Of a DNA stretch of 64,000 nt, positions 61,801 to 64,000 are shown one piece after another. This DNA is from Eledone cirrhosa (Eukaryota): NCBI GenBank assembly GCA_964016885.1, contig OZ024755.1, positions 44,640,001-44,704,000 on the forward strand, written 5' to 3'. The notes below the pieces were generated by a model, which did not search any database, was not told where the DNA came from, and was given only the letters and a program-made list of their open reading frames with translations. The first letter of the stretch is position 1. Every line of letters starts with the position of its first letter. The position numbers and the translations under genes were made by a program.

Positions 61801-64000
61801 CAGTACCAACATATACTGTGTACCACAGTTGACAGTACCAACATATACTGTGTACCACAGTTGACAGTACCAACGTATACTGTGTACCACAGTTGACAGT
61901 ACCAACATATACTGTGTACCACAGTTGAGAGTACCAACGTATATGTGTACAACATATTGACAGTACCAACATATACTGTGTACCACATTTGACAGTACCA
62001 TCATATACTGACTACCACAGTTGACAGTACCAACGTATACTGTGTACCAGAGTTAACAGTACCAACATATACTGTGTACCACTGTTGACAGTATCAACAT
62101 ATACTGTGTACCAGAGTTGACAGCACCAACATATACTGTGTACCACAGTTGACAGTAGCAACATATACTGTGTATCACAGTTGACAGTACCAACATATAT
62201 AGTGTACCAGAGTTGACAGTACCAACATATACTGTGTACCACTGTTGACAGTACCAACATATACTGTGTACCACAGTTGACAGTACCAACGTATACTGTG
62301 TACCACAGTTGACAGTACCAACTTTACTTTGTACCACAGTTGACAGTACTAATATATACTGTGTACCAAAGTTGAGAGTACCAACATACACTGTGTACCA
62401 CAGTTGACAGTACTAACATATACTGTGTACCACAGTTGACAGTATCCACGTATGTGTACCACAGTTGACAGTATCAACGTATATCTGTACCACATATTGA
62501 CAGTACCAACATATACTGGGTGCCACTGTTCACAGTACCAACATATACTGTGTACCACATTTGACAATACCAACGTATTCTGTGTACCACAGTTGACAGT
62601 ACCAACATATACTGTGTACCACAGTTGACAGTACCAACGTATACTGTGTACCACAGTTGACAGTACCAACATATACTGTGTACCACAGTTGACAGTACCA
62701 ACATATACTGTGTACCACAGTTGGCAGTACCAACATATACTGTGTACCACAGTTGAGAGTACCAACATATACTGTGTCCCACAGTTGACAGTACCAACAT
62801 ATACTGTGTACCACAGTTGACAGTACCAACATATACTGGGTGCCACTGTTCACAGTACCAACATATACTGTGTACCACATTTGACAATACCAACGTATTC
62901 TGTGTACCACAGTTGACAATACCATCATATAGGGTGTACCACAGTTGACAGTACCAACATATACTGTGTACCACATTTGACAGTACCATCATATACTGAC
63001 TACCACAGTTGACAGTACCAACGTATAATGTGTACCAGAGTTAACAGTACCAACATATACTGTGTACCATTGTTGACAGTACCAACATATACTGTGTACC
63101 AGAGTTGACAGTACCAACATATTCTGTGTACCACAGTTGACAGTACCAACATATACTGTGTATCACAGTTGACAGTACCAACATATACTGTGTACCAGAG
63201 TTGACAGTACCAACATATACTGTTTACCACAGTTGACAGTACCAACGTATACTGAGTACCAATGTTGACAGTACCAACGTATACTGTGTACCACAGTTAA
63301 CAGTACTAACATATACTGTGTACCACAGTTGACAGTACCAACGTATACTGTGTACCACTGTTGACAGTACCAACATATACAGTGTAACACAGTTGACAGT
63401 ACCAACATATACTGTGTACCACAGTTGACAGTACCAACATATACTGTGTACCATAGTTGTCAGTACCAACATATACTGTGTACCACAGTTGACAGTAACA
63501 ACATATACTGTGTACCATAGTTGACGGTACCAACGTATACTGTGTACCACAGTTGACAGTACCAACATATACCGTGTACCACAGTTGACAGTACCAACAT
63601 ATACTGTGTACCAGATTTGACAGTACCAACATATACTGTGTACCACTGTTGACAGTACCAACATATACTGTGTACCACAGTTGACAGTACCAACGTATAC
63701 TGTGTACCAGAGTTAACAGTACCAACATATACTGTGTACCACTGTTGACAGTACCAACATATACTGTGTACCACAGTTGACAGTACCAACGTATACTGTG
63801 TACCACAATTGACAGTAGCAACATATACAGTGTACCAGAGTTGACAGTACTAATATATAATGCGTACCACAGTTGACAGTACAAACATATACTGTGTACC
63901 ACAGTTGACAGTACTAACATATACTGTGTACCACAGTTGACAGTATCCACGTATATGTGTACCACATATTCACAGTACCAACATATACTGTGTACCACAG
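52850..64000. repeat. About 7.5-kb tandem duplication within sub-family B (52.85-56.5 kb repeated at 60.4-64.0 kb, second copy truncated by the window end)
   Basis: TAATGGGTGCCACTGTTCAC at 52901 and 60441 (offset 7540). The GACTACCAC marker at 54535/62010 and 55523/62998, and ATATTCACAG at 56491/63966 (offset 7475). Matching ORF pairs 54171/61646, 54999/62474 and 55525/63000. Confidence 0.92.

Larger units (their letters stand above)
1..64000. repeat. Tandem satellite array, 32-bp monomer CAGTACCAACATATACTGTGTACCACAGTTGA, about 2,000 head-to-tail copies, extending past both window edges
   Basis: The 32-bp period is directly readable on every line, with an exact consensus copy at 161-192. Most monomers carry 0-3 substitutions and a few have indels (29-37 bp). 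All copies have the same orientation and no non-repeat sequence was seen. Minus-strand ORFs repeat a 32-aa unit (96 bp = 3 monomers). Confidence 0.99.

Noticed and set aside
313-63998. Hundreds of overlapping minus-strand ORFs (up to 526 aa) encoding a Cys/Trp/Tyr/Val-rich repeat MLVLSTVVHSICWYCQLWYTVYVGTVNCGTQY
   Set aside because: The reverse-complement monomer lacks stops and 32 is not divisible by 3, so all three frames yield the same cyclic peptide. A stop-free run of 32 codons has roughly a 1-in-5 chance under uniform codon use. Stops and frameshifting indels are scattered freely, no frame is preferred, and there are no unique termini or domains.
1-64000. CRISPR array (32-bp repeat with an internal hairpin)
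   Set aside because: Repeats are directly adjacent with no unique spacers, and there is no leader or cas gene.
1-64000. Telomerase-synthesised long telomeric repeat
   Set aside because: There is no G-rich strand with G-runs. Variants are inherited in kb-scale duplicated blocks, which indicates recombination or replication-based amplification rather than templated addition. A subtelomeric location cannot be excluded.
1-64000. Rolling-circle/concatemer sequencing artefact or synthetic construct
   Set aside because: Multi-substitution variants recur identically in hierarchical, diverging blocks. This pattern is expected from evolutionary history and not from random read error around a single template.
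1-64000. Variant monomers as an information-storing or diversity-generating cassette system
   Set aside because: There is no associated enzyme gene, expression site or unique flank in the window. Ordinary satellite mutation and duplication are sufficient to explain the variants.

Overview
The whole 64-kb window is one uninterrupted, single-orientation tandem array (satellite DNA) of about 2,000 copies of a 32-bp monomer. The consensus is CAGTACCAACATATACTGTGTACCACAGTTGA (13/32 G+C; an exact copy lies at 161-192). I found no unique sequence, gene, RNA gene, transposon insertion, inversion or CRISPR spacer. All ORFs in the track are artefacts: the reverse complement of the monomer has no stop codon in any frame, so it reads as a cyclic 32-aa peptide. 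The real structure lies in the variants. The monomer splits into two GTACCA-headed sub-repeats (17 + 15 bp) and carries two overlapping inverted repeats. Diagnostic variant monomers reveal nested higher-order duplications (96-320 bp, about 0.77 kb, 1.57/1.82 kb, 2.5-3.1 kb, 3.4 kb, 6.8 kb, 7.5 kb and 8.25 kb), dispersed paralogous blocks 11.5-21 kb apart, and two interleaved sub-family domains. The array is most likely eukaryotic heterochromatic satellite (inference), but the organism and chromosomal position cannot be determined from the sequence. I cannot support a new protein-coding system here. Offsets were derived by eye from marker motifs and ORF-track coordinates, so block boundaries are approximate.
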